Source: an uncultured Pseudomonadota bacterium (GTDB taxonomy: Bacteria; Pseudomonadota; Gammaproteobacteria; DASZBR01). Taken from it: DNA of 64,000 nucleotides. The stretch is from positions 14,865 to 78,864 of the forward strand of contig CAVQJZ010000007.1 of NCBI GenBank assembly GCA_963712965.1, in the 5' to 3' direction. Positions 18,533 to 28,628 of this stretch are shown here, one piece after another (the stretch's first letter is position 1; every line of letters starts with the position of its first letter). The notes beneath the pieces were generated by a model. The model saw nothing but the letters and a program-made list of their open reading frames with translations, had not been told where the DNA came from and made no database searches. The position numbers were made by a program, and so were the translations under genes.

Positions 18533-21500
18533 TTATTTTTTCGTCTTAGTCGGACTGTTGCTCGGACTGGTGACAGGTGTTTCAATAACAAACTGAAGCG
18601 TATCATTATCTTTATTTTCTTTTTTTTCATTACTCGAAACCGCCTTATCATCATTATTATTTCCCTCATTTTCGGGTAGCACCCCTGTGTTATTAAGCAA
18701 TAATTGATCCAACGCTCCAAGGGTTTTCGAATGATCTTCTTCCTCATCCTCATTAGCGCTCGACTGCGAAGCTTCCGCCTTTAGAGCATCTACACGACTC
18801 TCCAAGTACTTATTCGCTTCAGGATCCGTAATATTATCCTTTGTTTCTGGAGTGATATCAGATATCACTTCTACCTTTTTATCAGCGCTAGTTATTGGAG
18901 TATTTGCGGCTAAGATGGTCGCGATTTTGGTCGGTGATCCATTTTGAGCTGGCGCCTGATCCTTACTCAACCCATCATTCTTAGGCGACCCACCTTGATC
19001 AGTAGATACCGAAGAACTTATTGTATCAGCCAATTTCCTCTGATGTTCTGTAATAAATTTCAATACATCAGGAGGCAATATCCCCTTATTCTTTTCGTTA
19101 AGATTTAAGAAATAGCAGTTACCATCGGGTCGCTCGACAACCAATATAGGATTCCCTTCACAAATGCCAGAGCTTAAGTCCTTCTTTATTTCTCCATTTT
19201 CTTTCAGAACAATTATAGTTCGCGGCGGCACGAAAGATGTTGATAACTCATCGGCTGTAGCCTTTTGCAAATCTATCTTGCGCTCTACATCTCTTCTTAC
19301 TGTATTTACCACTATTGCTCGCTGACTCAGATCTCTGGTACGACGATAGGCAAAACACTCTATCGCAGCATCACGCCAAGTTTTTTTATCCCCAACAAGA
19401 TTCAAACAGTCGAATACCGCTGCTAAATCGCTGTGCAAGTTATTTAAATTAGATGCACTGCTCTGTGGCGAAGATGCTGGAGTATTGTTGGGCTTTTCAA
19501 CATGAAACTCACGGGTCTGTGCAATAATTCTTGCCGACGAGCTACTAAGCGACGACGGCTGAGAGCTCTGAGGAGAATTTCCCGATACATCTGCTATATT
19601 TTGATTCGACAAAGCCAATGGCGTTGTTCCTGAATTAATAAACATCGAAGATCTATTTTTTCGAGCACTAATTGTTATTTTTGGCTGAAATGTCTCATAG
19701 ATCTCTTTTTCCCATTGAAGATCCTTAGGCGGATTTGAAGGCAGCAATAAGAAATATTTCTCATCATCATTTTTATAAAGAAACAAACATCCGTTCAGAT
19801 TGTTTTGATCAAAAGTATAATACGCACACGGCTTTTTGTTTGGCCCAATAACAACAAGAGATCTACTCAGTTTCTTTAATATATCTGCTGTTGGCTGAGG
19901 ATCTAAAGAAATTAGTTTCTCCGAAGATGATTCCAATACCAATGAACCTTTGGCAAAGTCTAATAATTCTTGATAAGAAAGCTTACTGTTAGCTTGATCT
20001 TTTAATAAGGAATCCAATTTCTTTTTAAGGTCATCGACAATACCTGCAGTAATCTGCTCAAGAAACGTCATTGAACCACGCTTCTCTGACGTACTTGATA
20101 CCGACGAATGATTATTTAAAGAGGTTGAGTTACTCTTAGCATCATCCAACATCTTGTTCAACTTCGCCAGCTCCCTCACTTGATCACTTCCGAAATCTTT
20201 TGGAACGCGGCCTCTTGCTGGAGACGGCAAAGGAGTCAAACAAGTTTTCACTACATCTTTGCAGGCATCATAGGCAGAATTTCGATACTCTACTGGTAAA
20301 CTACTCGCGGAAACAGTGCCTACAAAATTACTGACTATTTTATCCAGCTCAGTAAAGCCAACTCTCGATCCACCCTGCTGATGCAGATCTATTGCAGATG
20401 TTACTTTACCTACTAGCTCAGCCACTTTTTTAGCATTAAAATCAGCAGCTATTTGTTGATGAGGTTTCATTATTTCTTCGCAAGCTTCACGAACAGACTT
20501 CTGAGACTCCTCTGGCAACTTACTCTTAGAAAGATTACTTTCAAAATCAGCGAATATTTTCTTCAACTGATCTGAATTAGGTTCTGTTTTTTCTGCATTT
20601 TCCTTATATTGATTTATCGCAACTACAAATGCATTCACTAACCCGGCCACTTTCTTAGCATTGGCGGTCTGAATAGCGATCTGCTGGTGAGGTTCTATTA
20701 TTTTTTCACCAATCTCACGAGCAGCTTTTCGAAACTCGTCGCTTAGCAACTTACTCGTCGAAAGATTACGTTCAAAATCTTTGTATATTTTCTCTAGCGC
20801 AGCTGGGTCAGCTTCTGCTTTCGCTTTTGCATTTCCCTCATATTGATTTATCTGAGCTACCAGCCCACTCACCAATTTGATCACTTCTTTAGCGTTAGGA
20901 CTTAGAACTTTAAACTCATCTTTTTCATGAGCATCGAAAAACTTTCTAACATCTTCCTGCAACTTAACAGACGACGCACCTACGTAAAGATATGAATTTG
21001 AAAGCATTGAAAGAAGCTTAGGTTTTAACACCAAAAGAGCCGTTGCCTTCGCTTTGGAATCTCTGTTGCCAGGATTCTCGCTAAAAAGAGTCATTTGCTT
21101 GAGAAGCAACATCGTTTTCTCATAAAACTGCTCTTCGGAATTTGCTTTGGAAAGCGCGAGCATTCTATTATACATTTCCTCAACTGATGCAAAGTCCGAA
21201 CCAGCTCCCAACGAATCAAAATAAACACGGGAAACACAAGTTCTCAGTTGTTGGAATATTTTTGACTGAATTTCAGAATAGTTAGTCACATTGGACGCTA
21301 AAGCAAATTTAAAAAGCGCAGCAAAACGATTCTCAATTGCCACTAATGCCTGTTTTTTATCTATTATTAAATTACTATTCTTACTATTATCACTCAACAG
21401 CTTAATTTGAGCCCTGAACAAATCCGTTTCAAAAGCAAACGCTTCTTTAGGACTGAGATTTAACTTTTGGATTGCTGGAACAAATATTTTCTCAATATCG

Positions 21501-24500
21501 GCAAACCCATTGTCAAATCCGAACGAATTAGAGGGGCGAATTTCTAAAATACCGCTCTTCAACGCGTTAATTAATTGCAATCGACTTGTAGAATGTTCTT
21601 TTTTAAGAAGCTCAGGATTAGACAAGAAAGATGCTGGAAGACCGTCTTTAAATTTCTCTAGAGGCGCTTTATCTTTATTCTTGATCAGCATTTTTACTCG
21701 AAGACAAAATAAATCCGTCTTCAAAGTGAGCTTTTCATTTTCATTAAGTTTCAATTGCTCAAACAACGTATCTAACACTTTTTCCACTTTATCAAAATCT
21801 TCATCAAATCCTGATGACTCAGGATAAAACTCTGAAACAGTATTAATCACGACAGCCATTTCTTGCGAAATATTAAATTCATTATCTGGGCTCTTTTGAT
21901 TGCTTTTCACTTTAGCGTAAGCAATACCAAGGTAACCTGGCAAATCTGTCTCTTTCATGGAAGGAATACAGTCTCTCAACGCTTTTGTTAAGACTGTTTG
22001 CAATGAAGCATCGAGCTTCGAATCTAGCAATGTTGTGAAAAGTGATTCTTTTAATTTTTCGAAACCCTCTTTAGCGCCATACTCTTTTGTGACCAAACGT
22101 ATCTGCACGCAAAGTAACTCTGTATCCAAAGCAAATTTCTCTTCAGGGGCAAGATTAAACTCAACTGATTTTGATGCCAAAAGCTCTTTAATTTTATCGA
22201 GATCATTACCGAATGAACCTTTTGAATTAGTGTAAAATTTATCAAGTCCTTGTTTAGCCATAGGCACAAGAAACTCTTTTTTCTGACAACCATCAATAAG
22301 TTTTTTGAAACTTTCAAAAAGCGTTGCCGCTTGCGCACTACTAGTGCTTCTAGCATGGCGAAACGCATTCTTTGAATCATTCAAAGTGTTAGCAAAACTA
22401 TTTGCATCAAATCCTTCGCTACTAGCAAACCTCATCAACTCTACTTTGAGCGGTTTAAAATAACTTACACCGCTGTTTGCAAATTCCCACCCATTCAAGT
22501 CAGCACGTTCTGAATTTGATAGGAGAAACTTACTTGGTTTAGGTTGTTTCAAAAGGCTATCCAGCAATTGTTCTTCTGGTTCTTTACTTTCCGCTAATCT
22601 CTTCACTAGCGCAAATAGCTGTTTGGATCGATAACGATCGCTGAGTTTTCCTAACGTTTCATTAGGCATCTGCTCAGCATATTCAACTGACAAATCAGCC
22701 AACAGTTCTTTAACCTCTTCTTCTTGCGCCGGCGCAAAAACTAAGTGCCATTTTTCGGACTCATTACTGAATCTATACGGTTCTGAAAAGACTGTTTGCG
22801 AAATCGAAGCATCCCCAATAAGCTGTTTTGGCTGCTCGTTGTCAATCGGCGAATTCATTTTTGCAGCCGCAGAAAATGCCGCGGCATAAACAATGACAAC
22901 CCCTTTTATTCTGTTCTTGGTTTCTTGGCTCATCTTCTCGCCATTAATTCCAAGCCACGCTAAAACTTGATCTGCGTCTTTTCCAGATTCTTTCACAAAT
23001 AAATCTTTAGATGCACAAATTTCTGCTTTTTTATCCCGGTCTGCCTCGCTGCTAGAGATTCCTGGCGACGAAAGTAACGCATCTACAATTTTATCCCGCA
23101 GTGCCACTTTATTAGTTTCATTGAAATCAAATTTTTTCTTACTAAAGCTCATGCGCAATGCACCGACCATTGATTCAAACCAACCATCAAAGAACGAAGA
23201 TTTGAATTCCATCTCTCTACTGAGATTATCCGCGCCAAGCGCCTTAGCAAGAACCACAAACCTATCACGCTCATCAACACCAACCTTTTCTTTCATTCGA
23301 GCTAAGCTGGTATGAAGTGTTTTCAATTCCGCGTCATTAAAGAGCTTTTTGTCTACAACCGTGCTCAAGAAATTCCAAGCATCTGGCGAAACACCACCAA
23401 GCTTAAATTCACTGCTCTTCAATTTATCAAAAACGACTTTGACAAACGCTTGCTTAGTTAATGGTAGCTTGACGTTAAATTTTTCACAAAAAGCGTGGAG
23501 ACAGTTCAAATATATTTGCGAATTCTTATTGTCAGGAAGCGATCCTTGGCCTGAAATAGCACGAAATAACTCAAGATAATATTTAGCTTGAAGCGGTAAC
23601 AAAGTTGTATCTTGTTTTATTAATTCAATCAGCTTATTCAACTGTGCTTTGTCGTTATACAGCTCATAGCAATTTATTTTCATCCACTCGGTGAAGGCAA
23701 CAACATTAAAAATTCCTAAGCGCTCTTCTCCGATAAACTTTTCAGATGGAACCCAAGCTTCTGATTGCTTGATAAACGCAAGCAACTCTTCGACTGTTGT
23801 AATTCTTCTCGTCATGCTTACAGCTGGCGTTGCGACTGCTGGAACCGTTGCCGCAAGAATTGTAGTTGAATTATCTCTACCTTTATTAGCTATTGGTGTC
23901 ATAGAAGCGGACAAAGGAACCGCTGTTGGAACAGGCATATCCAATATTTCGTAAAACGGCTGCCAGCGTGCAACTTTTCTGGCAATTAATTGCATATTAC
24001 CAAAAGTTCCTAGCTCAGTATCAGCCATATTCTTATCACTGGCCATATCCTTGTCATTTATCTTTACCTGATATGTTTCATCATTTTTTCTAAACTTCCC
24101 ATAGTATTGTCCTACTGTAGGTAATAATTTCTCAACACCATCCGGAACAGCTTTCTCTGATCTTGCATACGCAGCAAACTCTCCTGCCCACTTTCGCAAA
24201 CCCACTCGAAGGAATCTTTTTCTATAATCGCCATCAATCATTCCCGACAATTTTTCCAAAAACTTAGGATCCGAACATTCTTCGATGAAATTCAATCCGA
24301 CATTACGAGTAGGAAAATTATCCTTGGCTGCTGTGACTATGCTTAAAAATGCATTCCATTTGGCAACGTTAATTTCATTTAGTCCTTGGTAATAGCCAAT
24401 CATTTGACCCAGGCTGACCTTGGAATGATCGGCTATTAAAAAATCTGCAAAGAGAAGTCTGAATTCTGGCAATAACAAATTCATTACTTTCGTCAATTGA

Positions 24501-27500
24501 ACCAAGTTGAACCCATGTTTTTCATTCTTAAAAATGTCGTAACATTCGCTGACAACTTGCTTTTTAATGTCAGGACGCACTTCAACCCACTTACTAAATT
24601 CGGTATTAAATCGCTTAAGGCTAACATCAAGATTTACAGTATCTTTTGTCGGCAATAACCCCATCAAATATTCTTTAGCATTTTTGTCACACACTGATTC
24701 ATATGCAGCCAAATCTTTGACTGTAGAATTTTTCACAAGACCACTGAACAAAGGGTAAGGGCTATTTGCAGGAGGAGTTGCTGCAACTATGTATATCGGA
24801 TCACCACGTTTCTCAGTATCTTTAATCGGTGCATTAGTCGGGGTCAACTTATCATCAACTGGCGACACCAAAACAATTTCTCTTTTTATAAGCTTACTTA
24901 CTGCATTCAAAAGCGCAGGGAGATCATTTTGGAACTCTTTCGCTCTAGCTTTACTCCAAAATTCATCAGTCAAATACTCTTTACGATAAGACTCACTCTC
25001 AAATGCAAAAATTGAATACACGTATTTAGCATGAGGGCAGTTCTCCACCACATTGCTATCTACAAAATAATCCATCTTTGCCGCAGGGAAACGCTTACCA
25101 TTTGAAAGGTGTGATAAAATTTTTCGAGGCGGGATAGATGAAAGACTCTCCCAAACTCTGCCAAAAATTTTCACTCGACGACCCAAATTTTCTTGAGCAT
25201 TATTGAATGCGCTAAGCTTTATCCAGAAGCCTTTAATTTCTTGAGCAAAAAGTTGTTCCAATTCCTGCAAATGCGCTAAATCACTGGCAGAACCCAGCTG
25301 TTTTGCAGTCTCTTCAAACTGGCTAACCAGCTTTCGCAGCTCATCAAAATCTTTGCTTGCATCCTCAGCTAGAGAGGCATCTTCACAAAGAAACTTAATT
25401 TTTGCATTAATTGCATCACTTATCTTATTAACTAATGGAATGCCTAGGTCTTTTCGCTTGTGTTCACATTTTGCGGCACCACTGTTCAATACTTTTACTA
25501 ATTCTGAAGATCTGCTTAATTTTACTTTCGCTAAATAATCTTTCAGTTCATTAAGAAGGGTAACCTTTCTAATTTGATCTTCAATGCTATCGCCTTCGGG
25601 CAGCGCAGCAATTTTATTTTTTACCTCTGCCTTACAAGCGCTAATTAACTTTTTGTTACGGTTAAACCAAATTTTCGCTTCATGATCATAAAGCGATGAA
25701 AGGATATCGTACGCTTGACCATCCACATCTTTTAATTGTTTATACGCATCTATTTTATTTTGGAGCTCTTTCGTATTACCAACGCCGCCGGTACGTTTAA
25801 GATTTTGCAATAACTCGAAAAATTCCAATCTTTTTTGTTTATCCAATTGCGTAATATCAACAGCCTTAATTCCATCGGCAATGAATTTATTCAAAAATAT
25901 TTCATACCCAGTACCTTTTAACGAATCTTTTGCTCTTACTATTCGCTTAACAAATGATGAAAAGTCTGAAGCAGTTCCTTGATTTTCTGCCAATAGAAAA
26001 GCTGCCTCATCAACTATTTTAAGTTGCGCGGAAATCTTAGAGTTTCGCGACGCTCGAATCTGCTGAGCGCAGGAATCTTCCAAAAGTTTGGCGGCCATTT
26101 TTTGGTGACTGCTTTTTGCAATTAGGCCATTCAGAATTGCTTTGCGATGCTCAGAAACTGCTTTTACAGCTTCTTTTGCTCCTGTGCTTTCAAAGAGAAC
26201 TTCGAGATCAGTTAAAGCGGAAATAATCTTAGGCGAATTACTGTTCAAAAAAATTGATGTATCTTCCTTAGAAAAACTTTCTTGCAAGCATTTTTCTAAA
26301 GCAGCTGCAAGCACAGAACCGCTTTTTGGCAATCCTTTTCTGATCGATATCAATGAATAGGTAAAATCGATAAAATCTTTTTCGCTTGCGCCAGAATTAA
26401 AAAACTTTTCAGCCGCTTTATGAATTTCTCCAACTTGCTTAACACGTTCTGCATTCGGCTTTCCTCGATGAGCTCGCGCTTTACCTTGCGCACCCAATTG
26501 ATAGTTTTGCACCGAATCAAGCAATTTATATACGGCTCTATCATGCGGAAAAGCATTGCTGTTCGCAAAACCTAATCGCAATTCGCGAAGCTTTTGCATC
26601 TCAGCTTTAGGACACTTGCTATTTTGTTCTACTAATAAAAATTCCAATTCACACGTTGCTTTGTACACAGCATAGTGGTAACAACTTAACAACGCAGTAT
26701 CTTCAATTGGCGCATTGCGATAAGAAGTGTTGTTAGCTTCTTCCGTTAATAAAGCAATAAGCTCAGGAATTGCATTATCCATTGCACGAGCAACCGGTTC
26801 ACGAAGATGTCCGCGTCTCGCTTTTATGAATTCTTCTGCTATTCCCACTGTTGTCATTGCTGCATAGTTGGCTGGTTCATCAACCAAGTTTTCTGCTTTT
26901 ACAGCAATGAGCTGCGAATACAATTTACGACGGAATTTTTCTTTTAAATCTGTTACTTCATAGGCATCAAGCTGACTTTTCAGCGCTACAACTTTATTCT
27001 TCAGCGCTTCATCAGCAGATTTAATGGTACTAAGCTTATTAACAGCCTTAAAAAACCCCCAGTCTTTATAATCTTCTTCGGTAAGAGAATTAGACATTAA
27101 AGCTTCAAGCAACATTTTATCCACTTGCGCTGCTAATTCAGAACCGCTCACAGGCAGTTCATTTCTGATTTCAACCAACGATGCAATGAATACTTGCACA
27201 TCGTTTGTTCTGTAAAACGTTTCGACAGCATTTTCGATATGCTTAACTTGATTTGCACGATTTCTATTGCGCCCGATAGCGCGCTTCGCGGATTCTATTT
27301 CATATTCTTTCAGTGCTTCTAGCGAACCAAGCAAATTGAACATTAAGTTTTCTTTTGCTCCAATTGCTGCAAGCTCTGTTTGCAAATCAGCTGCCATTTC
27401 TTGACTTAGTTTCTGCTTTCCTTGCTGCGTGCTTTCTTGTATCTGGCCAATTAATTTACGCTTACGCAGAAAAAGTTTATCGCAATTCTCCATGAAGGCT

Positions 27501-28339
27501 GCTTGACTTAGAGTAGCTTTTGATAACAATTTTTCTTTTAAAGGAACTAGACCTTCATTTTGCTGAGCACAGGCTGCTTCAAACGAAAACTTCAATTCAA
27601 ACGCAAGAACTTCTTGCCACAATAACAAAAGATCTTCGCTTTGCACCCCGATAGATCTTTGCTCAAGTTCATTTAACCAATTTTTTTGAACTTGCTTTTG
27701 CAACTTCTGGAAGAATTCCTGAAACAACGCGTCGGTCAACGCATCATCCAATTCTTGTTTATCATATCCAACCGAAGGCTTTACTCTTTCGCCACTCGTT
27801 GATGTTTTAGCCACAATATTTTGTTCTTTAAATTCACGCCGCCACTCAATCGAGGATTTCATTTTTTCATTGTTTGTTGACACTTCCTCAATTTCGAGCT
27901 TTTCTTCTTTCTTCGGTTTTAGCTTGGCTTCAAAATCATTAATCAAAGACTTTATCTCTTCATTACTTATTAATATGTTGTACACCATCCGAGCTTCTGA
28001 ATTGGCTTCACGCGCAGAAAGAATCTCCTGCAACAGTTCGGGATGTTCAGCAAGGTAACTAAAAATAAAATTGATTTGTGCAGACGATGACTGCTTGGTT
28101 TCAAGCAAGCGCAGCGCAACACCAAACGCAGCATCAAACATACGTTCGGCGCACAATTCAACGAAAATCCTGGAAATTTGAGACTGGTTCAGATTTAAAC
28201 CAATCTTGGGAGAACCTTCAGGTGGTTGATCAACTGCCAATTGCTTTTTGAGGTTTTCTAAACTTGGATCACGCTTTAGACGAGCACTATCTGACAAAAC
28301 TTCTTCAAGTGCCTCAGTCTGAATTGAAAAAATCCCCAT
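18533..28339 (-). CDS. Giant (about 3270 aa) repeat-rich hypothetical protein, candidate Dot/Icm effector
   Basis: Uninterrupted 9.8 kb ORF with several internal repeat families, own PmrA-type promoter and terminator; ATG at 28339 follows GGGGG (GTG at 28345 is the alternative start). Confidence 0.85.
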   Translation of the reverse strand: MGIFSIQTEALEEVLSDSARLKRDPSLENLKKQLAVDQPPEGSPKIGLNLNQSQISRIFVELCAERMFDAAFGVALRLLETKQSSSAQINFIFSYLAEHPELLQEILSAREANSEARMVYNILISNEEIKSLINDFEAKLKPKKEEKLEIEEVSTNNEKMKSSIEWRREFKEQNIVAKTSTSGERVKPSVGYDKQELDDALTDALFQEFFQKLQKQVQKNWLNELEQRSIGVQSEDLLLLWQEVLAFELKFSFEAACAQQNEGLVPLKEKLLSKATLSQAAFMENCDKLFLRKRKLIGQIQESTQQGKQKLSQEMAADLQTELAAIGAKENLMFNLLGSLEALKEYEIESAKRAIGRNRNRANQVKHIENAVETFYRTNDVQVFIASLVEIRNELPVSGSELAAQVDKMLLEALMSNSLTEEDYKDWGFFKAVNKLSTIKSADEALKNKVVALKSQLDAYEVTDLKEKFRRKLYSQLIAVKAENLVDEPANYAAMTTVGIAEEFIKARRGHLREPVARAMDNAIPELIALLTEEANNTSYRNAPIEDTALLSCYHYAVYKATCELEFLLVEQNSKCPKAEMQKLRELRLGFANSNAFPHDRAVYKLLDSVQNYQLGAQGKARAHRGKPNAERVKQVGEIHKAAEKFFNSGASEKDFIDFTYSLISIRKGLPKSGSVLAAALEKCLQESFSKEDTSIFLNSNSPKIISALTDLEVLFESTGAKEAVKAVSEHRKAILNGLIAKSSHQKMAAKLLEDSCAQQIRASRNSKISAQLKIVDEAAFLLAENQGTASDFSSFVKRIVRAKDSLKGTGYEIFLNKFIADGIKAVDITQLDKQKRLEFFELLQNLKRTGGVGNTKELQNKIDAYKQLKDVDGQAYDILSSLYDHEAKIWFNRNKKLISACKAEVKNKIAALPEGDSIEDQIRKVTLLNELKDYLAKVKLSRSSELVKVLNSGAAKCEHKRKDLGIPLVNKISDAINAKIKFLCEDASLAEDASKDFDELRKLVSQFEETAKQLGSASDLAHLQELEQLFAQEIKGFWIKLSAFNNAQENLGRRVKIFGRVWESLSSIPPRKILSHLSNGKRFPAAKMDYFVDSNVVENCPHAKYVYSIFAFESESYRKEYLTDEFWSKARAKEFQNDLPALLNAVSKLIKREIVLVSPVDDKLTPTNAPIKDTEKRGDPIYIVAATPPANSPYPLFSGLVKNSTVKDLAAYESVCDKNAKEYLMGLLPTKDTVNLDVSLKRFNTEFSKWVEVRPDIKKQVVSECYDIFKNEKHGFNLVQLTKVMNLLLPEFRLLFADFLIADHSKVSLGQMIGYYQGLNEINVAKWNAFLSIVTAAKDNFPTRNVGLNFIEECSDPKFLEKLSGMIDGDYRKRFLRVGLRKWAGEFAAYARSEKAVPDGVEKLLPTVGQYYGKFRKNDETYQVKINDKDMASDKNMADTELGTFGNMQLIARKVARWQPFYEILDMPVPTAVPLSASMTPIANKGRDNSTTILAATVPAVATPAVSMTRRITTVEELLAFIKQSEAWVPSEKFIGEERLGIFNVVAFTEWMKINCYELYNDKAQLNKLIELIKQDTTLLPLQAKYYLELFRAISGQGSLPDNKNSQIYLNCLHAFCEKFNVKLPLTKQAFVKVVFDKLKSSEFKLGGVSPDAWNFLSTVVDKKLFNDAELKTLHTSLARMKEKVGVDERDRFVVLAKALGADNLSREMEFKSSFFDGWFESMVGALRMSFSKKKFDFNETNKVALRDKIVDALLSSPGISSSEADRDKKAEICASKDLFVKESGKDADQVLAWLGINGEKMSQETKNRIKGVVIVYAAAFSAAAKMNSPIDNEQPKQLIGDASISQTVFSEPYRFSNESEKWHLVFAPAQEEEVKELLADLSVEYAEQMPNETLGKLSDRYRSKQLFALVKRLAESKEPEEQLLDSLLKQPKPSKFLLSNSERADLNGWEFANSGVSYFKPLKVELMRFASSEGFDANSFANTLNDSKNAFRHARSTSSAQAATLFESFKKLIDGCQKKEFLVPMAKQGLDKFYTNSKGSFGNDLDKIKELLASKSVEFNLAPEEKFALDTELLCVQIRLVTKEYGAKEGFEKLKESLFTTLLDSKLDASLQTVLTKALRDCIPSMKETDLPGYLGIAYAKVKSNQKSPDNEFNISQEMAVVINTVSEFYPESSGFDEDFDKVEKVLDTLFEQLKLNENEKLTLKTDLFCLRVKMLIKNKDKAPLEKFKDGLPASFLSNPELLKKEHSTSRLQLINALKSGILEIRPSNSFGFDNGFADIEKIFVPAIQKLNLSPKEAFAFETDLFRAQIKLLSDNSKNSNLIIDKKQALVAIENRFAALFKFALASNVTNYSEIQSKIFQQLRTCVSRVYFDSLGAGSDFASVEEMYNRMLALSKANSEEQFYEKTMLLLKQMTLFSENPGNRDSKAKATALLVLKPKLLSMLSNSYLYVGASSVKLQEDVRKFFDAHEKDEFKVLSPNAKEVIKLVSGLVAQINQYEGNAKAKAEADPAALEKIYKDFERNLSTSKLLSDEFRKAAREIGEKIIEPHQQIAIQTANAKKVAGLVNAFVVAINQYKENAEKTEPNSDQLKKIFADFESNLSKSKLPEESQKSVREACEEIMKPHQQIAADFNAKKVAELVGKVTSAIDLHQQGGSRVGFTELDKIVSNFVGTVSASSLPVEYRNSAYDACKDVVKTCLTPLPSPARGRVPKDFGSDQVRELAKLNKMLDDAKSNSTSLNNHSSVSSTSEKRGSMTFLEQITAGIVDDLKKKLDSLLKDQANSKLSYQELLDFAKGSLVLESSSEKLISLDPQPTADILKKLSRSLVVIGPNKKPCAYYTFDQNNLNGCLFLYKNDDEKYFLLLPSNPPKDLQWEKEIYETFQPKITISARKNRSSMFINSGTTPLALSNQNIADVSGNSPQSSQPSSLSSSSARIIAQTREFHVEKPNNTPASSPQSSASNLNNLHSDLAAVFDCLNLVGDKKTWRDAAIECFAYRRTRDLSQRAIVVNTVRRDVERKIDLQKATADELSTSFVPPRTIIVLKENGEIKKDLSSGICEGNPILVVERPDGNCYFLNLNEKNKGILPPDVLKFITEHQRKLADTISSSVSTDQGGSPKNDGLSKDQAPAQNGSPTKIATILAANTPITSADKKVEVISDITPETKDNITDPEANKYLESRVDALKAEASQSSANEDEEEDHSKTLGALDQLLLNNTGVLPENEGNNNDDKAVSSNEKKENKDNDTLQFVIETPVTSPSNSPTKTKK

Positions 28340-28433
28340 ACACACCCCCAGTTACCAAAACATAGATATTTTTGTTTGGTTATTATTAAGAACCCCATAA
28401 AAAAGGCTCTAGTTTGTATTCTTTGTAGGTTCT

Positions 28434-28466
28434 ACCCTACTCCAGCAACATTAAGGTTTCCTTAAG
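28434..28466 (-). promoter_or_regulatory. PmrA-type tandem box plus -10-like element upstream of the giant ORF
   Basis: Minus strand CTTAAGGAA-AC-CTTAATGTT (28466-28447), 7 nt, TAGGGT. Confidence 0.65.
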
Positions 28467-28583
28467 TCCTAAGGGCTTTTGGAAAATCCTTTGGTGACTC
28501 TATTCTCGACTGCAAAAGCGGTAACTACAGCCCGAGACTAGCCTAAAAAAAAGTTGTTGACAAGCTGGGGGAAATACGGTGAT

Positions 28584-28607
28584 GAGGCGCACACAGTGCG
28601 CCTCTAC
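28584..28607. repeat. GTAG-type REP-like palindrome
   Basis: Minus strand GTAGAGGCGCAC-TGT-GTGCGCCTC just after the htpG stop. Confidence 0.65.
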
Positions 28608-28628
28608 GAATATATCGGAATTTTGAGA

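Noticed and set aside
28319-28339. N-myristoylation signal at MGIFSIQ of the giant protein
   Set aside because: Gly2 is present but Ser is at position 5 rather than the preferred position 6, and the start codon is uncertain
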